Source: Microgenomates group bacterium
Lineage (GTDB): Bacteria > Patescibacteriota > Microgenomatia > UBA1400 > MFAQ01
NCBI GenBank assembly: GCA_049303575.1
Contig: JBAQNH010000001.1
Span: 1-51,417 of the forward strand
Direction of reading: 5' to 3'
Length of the DNA: 51,417 bases
Shown here: piece after piece, positions 49,449 to 51,417 of the stretch
Layout: the number at the start of each line of letters is the position of its first letter
Numbering within the stretch: position 1 is the first letter of the stretch
Translations under genes and position numbers: made by a program
The notes under the pieces: generated by a model
Databases searched by the model: none
The model's input: only the letters and a program-made list of their open reading frames with translations
Told to the model about the DNA's origin: nothing

Positions 49449-51417
49449 ATGAACGATTCTCAGTTAATCACCGGGAACAAATATGATCAGGTAGTTCGTT
49501 TTATCTTAATTCTGTTTTTTGTGATTACTGCGGGAGGAGTTGTTTTTGCCGTTAGCGGAGGCAAAATCAAGTCCAGTGTTGTCGAAAAACAAGTAACGAT
49601 TCAGGCTGTTTCGCAAGTAACCCCAGAAGTACTATCCGAAAGTAATTTGGGTAATCAACCATATTTGGTAATAGCGCGAACCAATGGAGAGTACGCATTT
49701 GTGAGAGTTAAAAACGCACAGATTCAGAATGAAAAATATGTTGACCTTACGGAACTTGTTTATCAAAACGGTGAGGCGAAATTGACCCGGGAAATAAACG
49801 GAACAGTAAATATTTATGACGACAATAATCGGGTGATTGAAAATGCCACAATTGTGTTGCATGGAGTGGTGGGTATTACACTAACCGATGGATCTACCTT
49901 TCCGGTAAAAATTATTAACGGTAGAATAAACGGCGGCAAGATGGTTGGGGATGTAGAGCTGCGAAGTCTAAAGGATAATTCTCAGATTTTGGGTACGATA
50001 GATGCTCGGGGTAATTTTGAAAATGTAACTATCGTGCCGTCTTTACAAGAAATAGATACGGTTACCGCGACGGTCGGAAAAGAGGTTTTTAAATGGCTAG
50101 ATCAAACTCAAGAAACGGTAACGGTAACTCTGCCTGGGGCAGAAGTATCCCCCACGCCATCGTTAGTTTCCGGGGCCATTACTATAGATCCCGTGACTGG
50201 TTTGGCAATAATCAATAGTGGAGTAGTTGGTGATGCCCAGATTGTAAATGGTTCAATAACAACTTTGAAATTGGCTGATGGGGCGGTAACGACGATCAAA
50301 CTGGCCGATTCCGCGGTGACCGGGGCCAAAATAACGGATGGAACAATTACTTCGGGAAAAATTGGTGATGGAGAGATAACTAACGCAAAACTGGCTCAGA
50401 TTACTGAGGCAAATAAAGTATCCGGATCAGCAGTGTCGTTGAGGAGTGGAGGAGGATTGGCAAATGACTCAGGTTTGAGTCTTTTGACTGGTTGTTCGAT
50501 AGACCAGGTGTTGAGTTGGGATGGAGATTCGTGGGAGTGTGAGTCGGTAAGTGGAGTGGGGACCGGAGTATCGAGTGTAAATGGTTTAACCGGGGGTCTT
50601 ACGATTACCGGCAGCGGATTAAATACGGTAACTGCGTCTGGGACAACAATAAATATTGCGGGGGCATTACCCGCCCTGGGAACAGCCGGAACTTACGGGA
50701 CGGCGATGGACATCCCCGTGATTACAACTGATGCAAACGGGAGAGTGAGTGGGGTAACTACGACTGTAATTTCGGGGTTAACCTCAGCCAATCTGGCGGC
50801 TTCTGCGGGCATTACCAACGCTCAGTTATCTAATAGCAGTATCTTTGTTTCCCCGGGAAGTGGTATTTCGGTGAGCGGTTCGCCAGTATCTCTTGGGGGA
50901 ACAGTAACAATTGCCGGTGTAGATGCTTCAACAACATTAAAAGGAGTAGCAAATTTCAATTCAACAAACTTTAGTGTAGTGAGCGGGACGGTGAATACGA
51001 TTCAAAGTATCGACTCAACAGCGGTACCAACGTTTAATTCTTTAATTTTGTCAAAGGTTAATAATCAACTGGTTTTGGGAACAACCAATACAACAACTAT
51101 TTCCTCTACGGCACCAAGTGCCAGTAGGACAGCGACAATTCCGGCTTTGTCCGGGAATGATACTTTTGTTTTCCTGAACGAGTCGGGGACATTGACAAAT
51201 AAAACAATTGCCGCCGGATCTAATACAATCTCGGGTCTTACGAACTCAAATTTATCCGGAGCTGCGGGAATTACCGATGCCAATTTAGCAACAATCACGA
51301 CCGCAAATAAAGTATCCGGTTCGGCAATTCAGCTAAGTACTGGCGGAGGACTGGTAGACAGTACTGGTTTGTCTTTACTACGAAGTTGTTTGTCAGGAGA
51401 GATTCTTAAATACAATG
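49449..51417 (+). CDS. Second giant surface protein, N-terminal part only (runs off window end); signal-anchor plus tail-fibre-like repeats
   Basis: Not in the ORF track because it has no stop. Manual translation from ATG 49449, 2 nt after the upstream stop, stays open to 51417. MNDSQLITGNKYDQVVRFILILFFVITAGGVVFAV.., with repeated modules ..ITNAKLAQITEANKVSGSAVSLRSGGGLANDSGLSLL.. and ..ITDANLATITTANKVSGSAIQLSTGGGLVDSTGLSLL.., plus TYGTAMDIPVITTDANGRVSGVTT. Confidence 0.8.
   Translation, partial: MNDSQLITGNKYDQVVRFILILFFVITAGGVVFAVSGGKIKSSVVEKQVTIQAVSQVTPEVLSESNLGNQPYLVIARTNGEYAFVRVKNAQIQNEKYVDLTELVYQNGEAKLTREINGTVNIYDDNNRVIENATIVLHGVVGITLTDGSTFPVKIINGRINGGKMVGDVELRSLKDNSQILGTIDARGNFENVTIVPSLQEIDTVTATVGKEVFKWLDQTQETVTVTLPGAEVSPTPSLVSGAITIDPVTGLAIINSGVVGDAQIVNGSITTLKLADGAVTTIKLADSAVTGAKITDGTITSGKIGDGEITNAKLAQITEANKVSGSAVSLRSGGGLANDSGLSLLTGCSIDQVLSWDGDSWECESVSGVGTGVSSVNGLTGGLTITGSGLNTVTASGTTINIAGALPALGTAGTYGTAMDIPVITTDANGRVSGVTTTVISGLTSANLAASAGITNAQLSNSSIFVSPGSGISVSGSPVSLGGTVTIAGVDASTTLKGVANFNSTNFSVVSGTVNTIQSIDSTAVPTFNSLILSKVNNQLVLGTTNTTTISSTAPSASRTATIPALSGNDTFVFLNESGTLTNKTIAAGSNTISGLTNSNLSGAAGITDANLATITTANKVSGSAIQLSTGGGLVDSTGLSLLRSCLSGEILKYN

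Noticed and set aside
1-51417. Alternative genetic code (UGA recoded as Gly, as in Gracilibacteria/Absconditabacteria)
   Set aside because: Conserved genes terminate correctly at TGA (for example dprA at 20176-20178 and the comEC MBL domain at 12183-12185). All recognisable proteins are full length under the standard code.

Overview
This 51.4-kb window uses the standard genetic code, with TGA serving as a stop. By gene content it looks like a Candidate Phyla Radiation / Patescibacteria-type genome; that assignment is an inference from content only.

Housekeeping genes present:
- comEA, a split comEC, and dprA
- M16 peptidase, ndk, mreB, tsaC, a yvcK/cofD-like gene, prs
- rpmG and a fragmented secE-nusG-rplK-rplA-rplJ-rplL cluster
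- five tRNAs, none with an encoded CCA

Between them sit many secreted or membrane-anchored hypothetical genes. Two giant surface-protein genes run off the two window edges. They are missing from the ORF track because they have no stop inside the window, so I translated them by hand.

Main candidates for something new:
1. A two-gene graspetide-like RiPP module at 21.3-22.5 kb: a 50-aa precursor plus a microviridin-type ATP-grasp, bracketed by tRNA genes.
2. A five-gene secreted operon at 2.8-8.5 kb that resembles a divergent WxL/Csc or chaperone-subunit surface-fibre system.
3. A GNAT / Ddl-like ATP-grasp / GNAT-C39-like peptidase / PRTase cassette at 41.6-45.4 kb.
4. Membrane proteins with DNA-binding-type cytoplasmic modules linked to the giant surface proteins.
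5. A 1.5-kb ORF-free, AT-rich block at 26.3-27.8 kb.

All functional calls come from motif recognition by eye. No searches were run.
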